A DNA stretch of 38,686 nt from a virus (lineage: Duplodnaviria; Heunggongvirae; Uroviricota; Caudoviricetes), in IMG/VR virus record IMGVR_UViG_2698536640_000025; one strand, written 5' to 3'. The notes beneath the pieces are model-generated. The model saw only the letters and a list, made by a program, of their open reading frames with translations. It was not told the origin of the DNA and did not search any database. A program made the position numbers and the translations under genes. Positions 1-7,928 of this stretch are shown piece by piece (position 1 is the stretch's first letter; each line of letters begins with the position of its first letter).

Positions 1-480
1 TCATAGCGGCTGCCAGGTTATGGGTAACCACTGCCAGGCGGCACCGGGTTCCATCTGGGCCAGCTTCATGACATAACGCGGTTGTTGAGATAAAGCGTCC
101 AGCTTCGGCATTAATAAAGTTTGTGCGGCGTTATAAAAAACCGGTTCGAGATTCTTCGGCAGACTGGTCAACGTTTCGTTACGCAGCAGTTTCGCCACGC
201 CTTGTGGATTGATATAGAGCGGAACGATGCCATCAGTGGGTATTACATCCACCATTGCCGGGCGGGTTTTATTCAGTGTTTGCAGCGCGTTATTAACCAG
301 CGTGTCATCGAGGGAGAAAAGCAGCGTTTTGTTTTGCATCGCCAGCGACACGCGGAAAAAATAATCCGACATTAATTGATCGGGTTGCGCCGCCTGCGCT
401 TTCGGATACTGGCCGTATCGGGAACTCACTTCGCGACGCCAGATTTGCCCTTCGCCCTGCTGAGTCTGGCTTACCGGCAA
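1..480 (-). CDS. Hypothetical protein in the left chromosomal flank (159-aa ORF from a TTG; an in-frame ATG near 372 would give 123 aa starting MSDYFF). Identity not recognised; may be a host gene or a fragment truncated by the prophage.
   Basis: ORF track; stop codon at 1..3 on minus strand; start adjacent to the putative attL region 481..581. No motif recognised. Confidence 0.35.
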   Translation of the reverse strand: MPVSQTQQGEGQIWRREVSSRYGQYPKAQAAQPDQLMSDYFFRVSLAMQNKTLLFSLDDTLVNNALQTLNKTRPAMVDVIPTDGIVPLYINPQGVAKLLRNETLTSLPKNLEPVFYNAAQTLLMPKLDALSQQPRYVMKLAQMEPGAAWQWLPITWQPL

Positions 481-581
481 AACACCTTCTGGAGATTTAA
501 CACACCTTACTCCCCTTGATGATTTACTTATTTTTCAATGACTAAATCAAAACAAGGGGAGCAAATTAACGCAAATTACAA

Positions 582-1574
582 CTAGTCAATGGACAGTTTA
601 TGGACACTATCAGCCAGCGGATTAAAGCTAATCGCATCCTGTAAAAAGTCCGGTGAAAAATGCGCATACGTCATCGTTTGTTGAATCGTGGCGTGCCCAA
701 GGATTCGCTGTAACGTAACGATATTTCCGCCGTTCATCATGAAATGCGTGGCGAACGTGTGACGCATAACGTGAGTCGCCTGACCTTTGGGTAAATCCGG
801 TTTCACCTCCTGAAGGATATCCCGAAAACGGATGTAATCAGCCTGGTACAATAGCCCGGTTTTTCGGGTTTTTATCAACGAAAGCACCGTATCAGAAACA
901 GGAACCGCGCGGGATTTTCCATTCTTTGTGTTAAAGAACATTACGCGGTTACCAACGATATGCTCACCACGTAAGCCAGCTGCTTCCCCCCACCTTGCGC
1001 CAGTGGAAAGACACAGAACAGCAACACGACGCGCATCCCCCTCGAGTCGTTCAAGCAGCCGATCAATCTCATCATCTGAAAGAAAGGCCATTTCTGTATT
1101 CCTGACCTTGAGCTTACGTATTCCACGCACCGGGTTTTCGTTATGGAAAACCTCCGCATCAATCAGCGAGGTAAACATTGCAGACAAGGCGCACAAATCA
1201 CGATTAACACTGGAGGGCATTAATCCGGCCTGTAATTTGTCTGAACGATACCCGAGCATAAACTTTCGCGTCATCTCACTGGCGCGGGGGTCCCTCATCT
1301 CACGGTTTATTTTTTCCAGCCTGACCCTGTAAGTATCCCCGTAAGGCTGATTCCGGCCATCAAGCACCCACCAGGCATCTATCAGTTCGGATAACCGACG
1401 CTGATCAGCTGGCTTGGCCTGCCACGGTTTATCGTGGAAATTCTGCAAAACATACCTTTCAAACTCCTGTGCCTTTGACTTCAGGGTAAAAATCTTACGG
1501 ATCCGCTTTCCTTCCGTCCCTTGCGGTCTTACATCAACCTTATAACGCCCGTCTTTGAGTTGCTTAATCGACAT
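582..1574 (-). CDS. int: Tyrosine integrase, P2/186 Int family
   Basis: Protein MSIKQLKDGRYKVDVRPQG... resembles the 186/P2 Int N-terminus; C-terminal catalytic region with R..HxxR..Y context (HVMRHTFATH, LGHATIQQTMTYAH). Start placed at the internal ATG of track ORF 582..1589. Confidence 0.9.
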   Translation of the reverse strand: MSIKQLKDGRYKVDVRPQGTEGKRIRKIFTLKSKAQEFERYVLQNFHDKPWQAKPADQRRLSELIDAWWVLDGRNQPYGDTYRVRLEKINREMRDPRASEMTRKFMLGYRSDKLQAGLMPSSVNRDLCALSAMFTSLIDAEVFHNENPVRGIRKLKVRNTEMAFLSDDEIDRLLERLEGDARRVAVLCLSTGARWGEAAGLRGEHIVGNRVMFFNTKNGKSRAVPVSDTVLSLIKTRKTGLLYQADYIRFRDILQEVKPDLPKGQATHVMRHTFATHFMMNGGNIVTLQRILGHATIQQTMTYAHFSPDFLQDAISFNPLADSVHKLSID

Positions 1575-1643
1575 GATTAGCCCCTCCAACGGATGAATCA
1601 GCCGTACACTCTCTACGGGATGAAACCCGCTCGATGTACAGCG

Positions 1644-1985
1644 TTAGCCAGCATTGCGACGAGATCGGGGTGATTTTTGGGTAATGCCGATTGAAACCTG
1701 ATCGCCCTCCGACTGAATGGAGCCATCAAGAGAGAGAGCCGGGGCAACCTGCCCGGCAGCGGGAAATGTTTTGTCGTGAAGTATCCACATAGTGTATTTT
1801 TCGAATCGCTCGACTTGGATTACTTTTTCTACAACCTCAATTCGCGCAGGTTTATATCCAGACTCATAATTTCCTATAGTTCCTACAGAAACTCCCGTTA
1901 CTTGCGAAAACTGAGATTGTGTAAGGTTTTCCGCGTTTCTGATTGCCTTTAGTTTTTTGGCGTAATCTCTTGACATGTTCACCAT
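1644..1985 (-). CDS. Immunity repressor, P2 C-type (XRE-family HTH)
   Basis: About 113 aa; HTH segment LTQSQFSQVTGVSVGTIGNYESG; divergent from the cox-like gene as in P2; GAGGA Shine-Dalgarno upstream of the ATG at about 1985 (alternative ATG at about 1976). Confidence 0.7.
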   Translation of the reverse strand: MVNMSRDYAKKLKAIRNAENLTQSQFSQVTGVSVGTIGNYESGYKPARIEVVEKVIQVERFEKYTMWILHDKTFPAAGQVAPALSLDGSIQSEGDQVSIGITQKSPRSRRNAG

Positions 1986-2008
1986 ACGATGAGTATCCTC
2001 TATTCGAA

Positions 2009-2026
2009 CTTCACCACAGGGTGAAG
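2009..2026. promoter_or_regulatory. Perfect inverted repeat CTTCACC-acag-GGTGAAG in the C/cox-like divergent control region; candidate repressor operator
   Basis: Read directly in the 1986..2088 intergenic region between the divergent repressor and early operon. Confidence 0.35.
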
Positions 2027-2088
2027 TAAACAAATCAAAACAAACCTTCATGATGCGCGACAAGCGCACCAACGCAAGAGGATAGCAA

Positions 2089-2613
2089 ATGCGGAAGTCA
2101 ATTGCCGATAAAGAGTTATCTGACACACAAGCCCTTCAGGAAAACGACAGCATCACCGAATCCGTTGGCGCGGCAAACGACGATGAACACCAAGAGGAAA
2201 AGAAAAAACGCACCTACAAAAAAGGGGCAACCTTGCGACTGGATGGCCCGGTAGCCGGACTTTGCTCACTTGAAAAAGGGGCAGCCTATATCGGGTTGAC
2301 AAAAGCTGCATTGCGCGTGGCGCTTCAGCGAAATCAGATGCCTGGACACAAGACCCGTTCAAACCCTGAAGATGAAAATTCGGATGGCGTATGGTGGTTT
2401 AACGCCAGAGAGTGGGACAAGCTGGCTGACGAACTACCAGAATGCGAGCCGCCAGAATGGCACAACTGGAAAAGCTACTGGACGTACGACCGACAGAAAA
2501 GAAAGTTTTCCCCGGCAAACAAAGAAGACTGCCAGACCATCAATGGAAAGCGGGTTTACACAGGAAGAAAGTCAAAACTGGAGCAACACCAATACAGCGA
2601 AGGCAACCAGTGA
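2089..2613 (+). CDS. First early-operon gene; putative Cox/Apl-like excisionase-type regulator with N- and C-terminal extensions (174 aa)
   Basis: Position immediately rightward of the repressor; internal segment LEKGAAYIGLTKAALRVALQ resembles an excisionase/Cox-type HTH; GAGGA RBS before the ATG. Functional name is an inference. Confidence 0.45.
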   Translation: MRKSIADKELSDTQALQENDSITESVGAANDDEHQEEKKKRTYKKGATLRLDGPVAGLCSLEKGAAYIGLTKAALRVALQRNQMPGHKTRSNPEDENSDGVWWFNAREWDKLADELPECEPPEWHNWKSYWTYDRQKRKFSPANKEDCQTINGKRVYTGRKSKLEQHQYSEGNQ

Positions 2614-2664
2614 CATCAAAACAAACCGGGATCATTAAGAGCATCGGGATTTGAATGTGTTGAC

Positions 2665-2859
2665 ATGACTGACTCCACTCAAACAAAAGACTTATACAGC
2701 GATTTACGCTTCATCATCATACAACAGCAATCAGGCAGGATGGATCCAACACGTGCAAGCAAGGCCTGGAAAGAAGCCCTTACCGATCAGGGGATCGATG
2801 TAATTAGCGAAGTCATGGCTGAAGTGATTTTTAGGCTGACAAGAGACGAATCACTGTAA
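2665..2859 (+). CDS. Hypothetical early protein (64 aa)
   Basis: ORF track; same strand and tight packing with the early operon. Confidence 0.35.
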   Translation: MTDSTQTKDLYSDLRFIIIQQQSGRMDPTRASKAWKEALTDQGIDVISEVMAEVIFRLTRDESL

Positions 2860-2884
2860 TCATCGCATAAGGACCGAGTGAAGA

Positions 2885-3208
2885 ATGAAGCAACAACGAA
2901 ATGCACGCATCAATAACAACACCGAACGCCACGTTGCACGCCAGCACTTCCGTAAAAATAGTGCGACCGCAACCACTGAAATCCATACCACACCAGACGG
3001 TCATCCGGTAAAACAAACCGGAAAGCACACCTGGGCGATTGGCGACACTGGCATCGTTATTCACAAAAGTTTTCGTAGCCCTGTTACTGGCAGATTTAAT
3101 TTTACCCTGACTCGCGGAGATGATTACTTCGGACAGGACTTCACATTTTTTGAAGCGTTAAGAACGGTCGATCGGTTAATGACTGGTCGTAATTTTCACG
3201 CTAAATGA
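2885..3208 (+). CDS. Hypothetical early protein (107 aa)
   Basis: ORF track; RBS-like GAGTGA before the ATG. Confidence 0.45.
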   Translation: MKQQRNARINNNTERHVARQHFRKNSATATTEIHTTPDGHPVKQTGKHTWAIGDTGIVIHKSFRSPVTGRFNFTLTRGDDYFGQDFTFFEALRTVDRLMTGRNFHAK

Positions 3209-3221
3209 TACAGATGAAAAC

Positions 3222-3437
3222 ATGGAAACATACAAAATTAAAAATATTGAACACCATGACGGTTTTTTCAGCACTGAACATGTTGCTTGTGTTGTCAGGA
3301 TTTTCAATGAAGTAGATGTGATTTTGAAGCAAAACATAAAGCTTGAAATCATCGCAAAAAGCGAAGCCGACGCCATTGAAATAAAAAAAGCTATTGAACG
3401 CCAGATAATGCCGTTGACAAGTATCATTGCATTTTAA
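3222..3437 (+). CDS. Hypothetical early protein (71 aa), AT-rich
   Basis: ORF track; ATG start; lies in an AT-rich stretch. Confidence 0.4.
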   Translation: METYKIKNIEHHDGFFSTEHVACVVRIFNEVDVILKQNIKLEIIAKSEADAIEIKKAIERQIMPLTSIIAF

Positions 3438-3455
3438 GCAACAGGAAAAATAACC

Positions 3456-3695
3456 ATGACCAGAAATTACAAAGAAATCGTCAATCAGATCATTAAGGCT
3501 TACAGCCACCGCATCGCAAAATCACCCGAGTTCATACGCATAATGGAGACGCGCTCATTAATGCAAGGACTGAACGGGTTGGCACTGGCCGCATTGGCAG
3601 CTAACGATATTGATGCCACTATCGAAATAAACAACCTGTTATTAGACATTGAAAAAGGCGGAAACATAGAACCCTACAATCTGGAGGCCGCATGA
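3456..3695 (+). CDS. Hypothetical early protein (79 aa)
   Basis: ORF track; ATG start 19 nt after the previous stop. Confidence 0.45.
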   Translation: MTRNYKEIVNQIIKAYSHRIAKSPEFIRIMETRSLMQGLNGLALAALAANDIDATIEINNLLLDIEKGGNIEPYNLEAA

Positions 3696-3817
3696 GCGTA
3701 TTTCTTTCGTGGGTAATTCTGATTATCTCCGTGCTTATGACAATCGGCATTATGCGAATTATCCACACACTGAAGGATATCGAATTATTCTTTACCGGCG
3801 ATAAACGCCGTAAATAA
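3692..3817 (+). CDS. Small hydrophobic peptide (41 aa, MSVFLSWVILIISVLMTIGIMRIIHTLKDIELFFTGDKRRK), single predicted TM helix
   Basis: Hand translation; ATGA start/stop overlap with the upstream gene; below the ORF-track length cutoff. Confidence 0.3.
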   Translation: MSVFLSWVILIISVLMTIGIMRIIHTLKDIELFFTGDKRRK

Positions 3818-3829
3818 AGCGAAAACCTT

Positions 3830-3931
3830 ATGAAGAATGTAAAAGCAATACTCACCATCGCCACTGTATGGGTGATATTTCAGGTGAGTGCGCTTATCTG
3901 GTTAGCCCTGAAGAATCTGGGGATAATCTGA
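3830..3931 (+). CDS. Small hydrophobic peptide (33 aa, MKNVKAILTIATVWVIFQVSALIWLALKNLGII), single predicted TM helix
   Basis: Hand translation; weak RBS; AT-rich context. Confidence 0.25.
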   Translation: MKNVKAILTIATVWVIFQVSALIWLALKNLGII

Positions 3932-4019
3932 AGCCGAAAGCAGGCGCGGAATAACACCAGAAAACACACGAACAATTAATTAAGGCATTCATGCCTTCGG
4001 ATTCCCTTTGTCTTTTTTC

Positions 4020-4262
4020 ATGAGTCAACAAATGAGAACAGCCGAATCACCCGGCAGAAAAATAACCGCCAGACCAGCTAACCATCATGCACATATCAGC
4101 ATTGCCGCAAGAAAAGCCGAGCGTGCGCATATCTGCGAATTGCTGCATGACCTGGTTAACACAGCGAGAGAGAAGCACACCTCCCCGGAGGAAACCTGTT
4201 CATCCATTGAACGACTGATTGCAATACTCGCCAACCCAGACGAACTGAAGGGGTGCGCATAA
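4020..4262 (+). CDS. Hypothetical early protein (about 80 aa)
   Basis: ORF track 4008..4262; first ATG at about 4020; stop overlaps the exonuclease start (TAATG). Confidence 0.4.
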   Translation: MSQQMRTAESPGRKITARPANHHAHISIAARKAERAHICELLHDLVNTAREKHTSPEETCSSIERLIAILANPDELKGCA

Positions 4263-4843
4263 TGAACCATCTCATGATTGACACCGAAACACTGGGTAAC
4301 GGACCGGACGCAGCCATATTCGCGATTGGGGCGGTGTTTTTCGACCCGTTCACCGGAAAGCTGGGCAAGCAGTTTGAGAAATTCATCGACCCGGTGGATT
4401 CAGAACGCAACGGCGGAACCGTCAATGCAGCCACCGCTGTATGGTGGGCCGGACAATCCGTGGAAGCCAGAGCCTGCCTGCGCAACGCAGATGGAACAGA
4501 GCTGGCAGCAGTGACCGAATTTCTGGCGTTCATTTCACGCAATATGCATGACGAAAGCCCGGGCAATTCACTGAACATATGGTGTAAGGGCGCATCCTTC
4601 GATTTCCCGATCCTGAAATCCGCCATAACACGCACAGCCGGAGAAAAAAGCATCCCCTGGTGCTACTGGAACGAGCGCTGTATGCGCCCGCTTATCGCCA
4701 TGGCTGAATCAACTGGATGGAAAATGCCAGGCAGATCAGGCAAAGAGACCATTGCTCACACCGCGCTGGGCGACGCCGTTTACCAGGCAAAGGTCGTGTC
4801 AGAAATCTGGCAGCGCTTCACAACACCATTCCTGAACATATGA
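4262..4843 (+). CDS. DEDDh-type 3'-5' exonuclease (DnaQ-like)
   Basis: Exo I motif MIDTETLG and Exo III-like HTALGDAVYQA; about 193 aa. Confidence 0.8.
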   Translation: MNHLMIDTETLGNGPDAAIFAIGAVFFDPFTGKLGKQFEKFIDPVDSERNGGTVNAATAVWWAGQSVEARACLRNADGTELAAVTEFLAFISRNMHDESPGNSLNIWCKGASFDFPILKSAITRTAGEKSIPWCYWNERCMRPLIAMAESTGWKMPGRSGKETIAHTALGDAVYQAKVVSEIWQRFTTPFLNI

Positions 4844-4852
4844 GGTGAAGCC

Positions 4853-5080
4853 ATGGTCGCCATCCTGAATGTGTGTTGCTGCCCCCCCCTGAACGTGGAA
4901 AGAAAAGCCCGCGCATCGCTGCGTTTATTCCGCGACGGCGTGCGGAATTTTTCACGCATAAAACCCCACGACTACCTGGTAATAAGAATCGGTTTTCGCT
5001 GGCGATTGCTGAGCAAAAACAACGGGGCGTCATGGGATTTATTAACGCACGAAACCTATAACAAAGAGGCCGCGTTATGA
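4853..5080 (+). CDS. Hypothetical small protein (75 aa)
   Basis: ORF track; GAGGTGA RBS; ATGA overlap with the dam start; unusual composition. Confidence 0.3.
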   Translation: MVAILNVCCCPPLNVERKARASLRLFRDGVRNFSRIKPHDYLVIRIGFRWRLLSKNNGASWDLLTHETYNKEAAL

Positions 5081-6021
5081 GCAAAGAACTGTTATCCGGC
5101 ACGCCGCTTAAATGGGTGGGCGGAAAAAGTCGCATCATGAACACACTGAAGGCGCATCTGCCAGAAGCAGACTGCCTGGTTGAGCCGTTTGTGGGTGGCG
5201 CATCGGTATTCATGAACACCAGTTACAAGCGTTACATCCTGGGTGATTCCAATGGTGCGCTGATTAATTTCTACCGGCAAGCCAGGGACAACACCGACAG
5301 CCTGATCGACGAGGCGAAAACCCTGTTCCTGAACCACAACAACAGGGGTGACTATCTCATCATTCGCGAAACCTTTAACGCAGAGAATCATGCCTTCCTG
5401 AACAGCAGAACGGGAATAAGCGACCGCCGTGAACTGCGACTGGCCGCCATGTTTTTGTACCTGAACCGACACAGCTTTAACGGTTTGTTCCGCGTGAACG
5501 GAAAAGGCGATTTTAACGTGCCTTTCGGCTGCTACCGCAAGCCCTACTTCCCTGAGCGGGAAATCCGCGCATTTGCAGACAAGGCAAACAGCACCCGAAC
5601 GCTGCTTATCCACGCAGATTTTAAGGATACGCTGAACTCTGCCAGTCACCTGTTCGGCATGGGCAACACGCTTTGCGTGTACTGTGATCCCCCTTACCTG
5701 CGATTCAGTGGCCGGGACAATTTCACCGCCTACGGAAAACCATTCGATGAAGACGAGCACGTTCGTCTGAGGGCAGCGCTTGACCGCCTTTCACAGGAAA
5801 CGGGCGGCATGACCAGCATCACCATATCCAATTCCGACACACCGGAAACCAGACGCATTTATCAGGGTTACCGGATGAACGCCATCCAGGCACCACGAAG
5901 CGTTGGCGCAAGAACCCGGGAATCAGCACCGGAGGTTATCGCCACCCTGAGATGCATCACATCCGCCTTATCAACGGTTCGCACTTCTGCGCCACGAACA
6001 TGGAAGAAGTACGCGTGCTGA
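5077..6021 (+). CDS. dam: DNA adenine methyltransferase (Dam family, N6-adenine MTase)
   Basis: AdoMet-binding motif EPFVGGASV and catalytic DPPY motif (CDPPYL); AAAGAGG RBS. Confidence 0.9.
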   Translation: MSKELLSGTPLKWVGGKSRIMNTLKAHLPEADCLVEPFVGGASVFMNTSYKRYILGDSNGALINFYRQARDNTDSLIDEAKTLFLNHNNRGDYLIIRETFNAENHAFLNSRTGISDRRELRLAAMFLYLNRHSFNGLFRVNGKGDFNVPFGCYRKPYFPEREIRAFADKANSTRTLLIHADFKDTLNSASHLFGMGNTLCVYCDPPYLRFSGRDNFTAYGKPFDEDEHVRLRAALDRLSQETGGMTSITISNSDTPETRRIYQGYRMNAIQAPRSVGARTRESAPEVIATLRCITSALSTVRTSAPRTWKKYAC

Positions 6022-6049
6022 CAGCAACACGCAATACGGGAGGTAAAGC

Positions 6050-6400
6050 ATGGCAGTGATTTATATCGCCGGTCCCATGACCGGATGCAAAGACCACAAC
6101 AGGACGGCATTTTGCGTGGAGGACCTGAAACTTCGGTGCGCCGGAAACATCGTTCTTAATCCTGCCGTACTGCCTGACGGATTAAGCCAGCAGCAGTACA
6201 TGAGCATTTGTATTCCGATGCTCATGTGTGCCGATGCCATTTACTTACTGGAAGGCTGGGTGGATTCAGCTGGCGCGCGGGCGGAGTACGTAATGGCACT
6301 CAAACTGAACATGCCAGTGTCATTCCCGGAAAACCGGGCAGCCGGAGAAACCATCGCGCAGCTGCTTCACAAATCAAAAGCCGCACAGGCGACTGAGTAA
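6050..6400 (+). CDS. DUF4406-like protein (nucleoside 2-deoxyribosyltransferase-like fold)
   Basis: N-terminus MAVIYIAGPMTG typical of the DUF4406 family common in P2-like prophages. Confidence 0.65.
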   Translation: MAVIYIAGPMTGCKDHNRTAFCVEDLKLRCAGNIVLNPAVLPDGLSQQQYMSICIPMLMCADAIYLLEGWVDSAGARAEYVMALKLNMPVSFPENRAAGETIAQLLHKSKAAQATE

Positions 6401-6838
6401 CCGACCGGAGATCGAAACATGATTGCGCGAAGAGCTGCCAACCGCCTCACAGGCTTTATTCCAGGCAAGGTTGATCATGCACTCCATCACGGGGCTGTCA
6501 CTTTCCTCAACAAAGGAGAGGCGCGCAATCATGCATTCCGGAGTGAGCACGTGGCGCTGGCTAATCAGTCTTTGATAGCTAAGCGCCTGCCATTCAGCCT
6601 TTTCAGCTCTGATAGAAAGAGAGGCAGCCATGACCTGCCACACCAGAAAGAGCACCACACTGGCGAAAACAAACGTTGCGCTGTCGCAAAAAATGAATGC
6701 GGCAACAATCGCAAGGAAAGCGCTAATCCTCAGAACCAAGGAAGCGCGACGGTGGAGAAGGCTTGTCATGTGTTCAAGCCAGTAGCTGTACCACAGGTCA
6801 AAAAGAATTTCGTAATCAGAAGGGAGCTTATCACTCAT
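6374..6838 (-). CDS. Membrane protein (about 154 aa, two predicted TM helices) encoded antisense to the early operon
   Basis: Track ORF 6374..7021; internal ATG start MSDKLPSDYEIL...; hydrophobic segments LVLRISAFLAIVAAFIF and ATFVFASVVLFLVWQVMAA; 3' end overlaps DUF4406 by about 27 nt. Confidence 0.5.
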   Translation of the reverse strand: MSDKLPSDYEILFDLWYSYWLEHMTSLLHRRASLVLRISAFLAIVAAFIFCDSATFVFASVVLFLVWQVMAASLSIRAEKAEWQALSYQRLISQRHVLTPECMIARLSFVEESDSPVMECMINLAWNKACEAVGSSSRNHVSISGRLLSRLCGF

Positions 6839-7221
6839 CAGAAACACCCCGCGTATGCAGACAATCACCAGTTGCCAGGTGATATTAATTCGCCACATTC
6901 TAACCACATCAGCACGCAACACAAAAACCGCTTGCCAGCGCTCGTCGTGTCGGGTTACATTTCCGCTGCACCTCATAAAACGGGTGCCGGGATTTCCACC
7001 CTGCTGACTAGCAAAGCGCACTACCGCGCCAGCGGTTTTTTTGTGCGTACTGTATTGCCACGTTTTTTTCGCATCAGAATTATGGCGGGGCGTACGGGGC
7101 CGACTTCGGTCGGGCCGGGTTCTTTGCTAGCCGGTTGTGGAAACCCTGTACGTCTCGCCACCCCGAGTTTTCCACCTCCGGTTGGTGAGTTTTCAAAACT
7201 TACTAGCAAAGAGGCCACACC

Positions 7222-7443
7222 ATGGCAAACCGCAAGCAACAGCGCGCCCGCGCTGAGCGTCTTCACATCCGCAGCGAAATCAACCGCAGACTTTTCCGCG
7301 CAACACGCGTCGCGCAAATCATGCATATCAACATGCTGCATGAGCGCACGCACGCACTATCAAACCGTTACTGCGCTGCCGTCTTCAGCTATCTGGCCGA
7401 AGACCTGGCAGAACTGCAAAGCCTCATCAACCAGCACCGATAA
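7222..7443 (+). CDS. Hypothetical basic protein (73 aa)
   Basis: ORF track; AAAGAGG RBS; arginine-rich N-terminus. Confidence 0.45.
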   Translation: MANRKQQRARAERLHIRSEINRRLFRATRVAQIMHINMLHERTHALSNRYCAAVFSYLAEDLAELQSLINQHR

Positions 7444-7511
7444 ACCACATCCGGAAGCTATCCCACACCTGCACGCGGGAGGCTTCCGCACATCTGTTAC
7501 CGGAGGTTCTC

Positions 7512-7928
7512 ATGAAGAGCGTTAAGGGACTTTCAGATATTCAGGACTTCTTTAACTGGATGTGGGCGGTGGATCCCCTGCTGGCTTCCCGCCTGAACAA
7601 CTGGCACGACTATTACCGCCGCGCCTGTAAACAGGCCGCCCGCAGCATCACCACATACGGGGATTTCTCCTTCACCGTTGACGGTCGTTACCGCGTGGAC
7701 GTGAAAGGTGACGGTGATGGCTTTGGTTTATTTCACATCAACGGCACCGACAGTACCGCCATCAGCTGGTCATCGTCAGAGATGGCACTGGTTCTGGAAA
7801 TGACAACCCACAGCGTGGCCGTGAAAGGCATATACACCGCAGAAGACTTTATCGGTGAATACCAGCGCCTTCTCGTGCTGTACCGCGCGGCGTTTCAGGA
7901 GGTCACTGGCGGGGAGTACGACGCATGA
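7512..7928 (+). CDS. Hypothetical protein (138 aa) immediately upstream of gpA
   Basis: ORF track; stop overlaps the gpA start (ATGA). Confidence 0.5.
   Translation: MKSVKGLSDIQDFFNWMWAVDPLLASRLNNWHDYYRRACKQAARSITTYGDFSFTVDGRYRVDVKGDGDGFGLFHINGTDSTAISWSSSEMALVLEMTTHSVAVKGIYTAEDFIGEYQRLLVLYRAAFQEVTGGEYDA

Noticed and set aside
121-375. Plus-strand 84-aa ORF inside the left flank gene
   Set aside because: It is nested antisense within the minus-strand flank ORF and has no start context; judged spurious.
3176-3509. Minus-strand ORFs (83 and 102 aa) in the AT-rich early segment
   Set aside because: They overlap the plus-strand early ORFs that are co-oriented with the operon and have start signals; the AT-rich composition produces long open frames by chance on the opposite strand.
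5092-5760. Minus-strand 222-aa ORF inside the dam gene, and similar antisense ORFs inside gpA (9243..9791 and others), tape measure (30590..31308) and terminase (14412..15320)
   Set aside because: They are fully nested antisense or alternative-frame ORFs within genes with strong homology-based support; their low-complexity translations are typical of spurious frames in GC-rich coding DNA.
7080-7170. tRNA-like or structured RNA gene in the early-region intergenic segment
   Set aside because: A GGTTC-containing hairpin is present but I could not fold a convincing cloverleaf (no proper acceptor or anticodon arms); kept only as an unexplained structured region within the antisense-gene finding.
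6419-7525. Long plus-strand ORF (368 aa) spanning the antisense membrane gene and intergenic region
   Set aside because: The translation is low-complexity and Ser/Thr/His/Pro-rich with no RBS context and no recognisable domain; it overlaps a more plausible minus-strand TM protein gene and a clearly non-coding repeat-containing segment, so it is probably a spurious frame.
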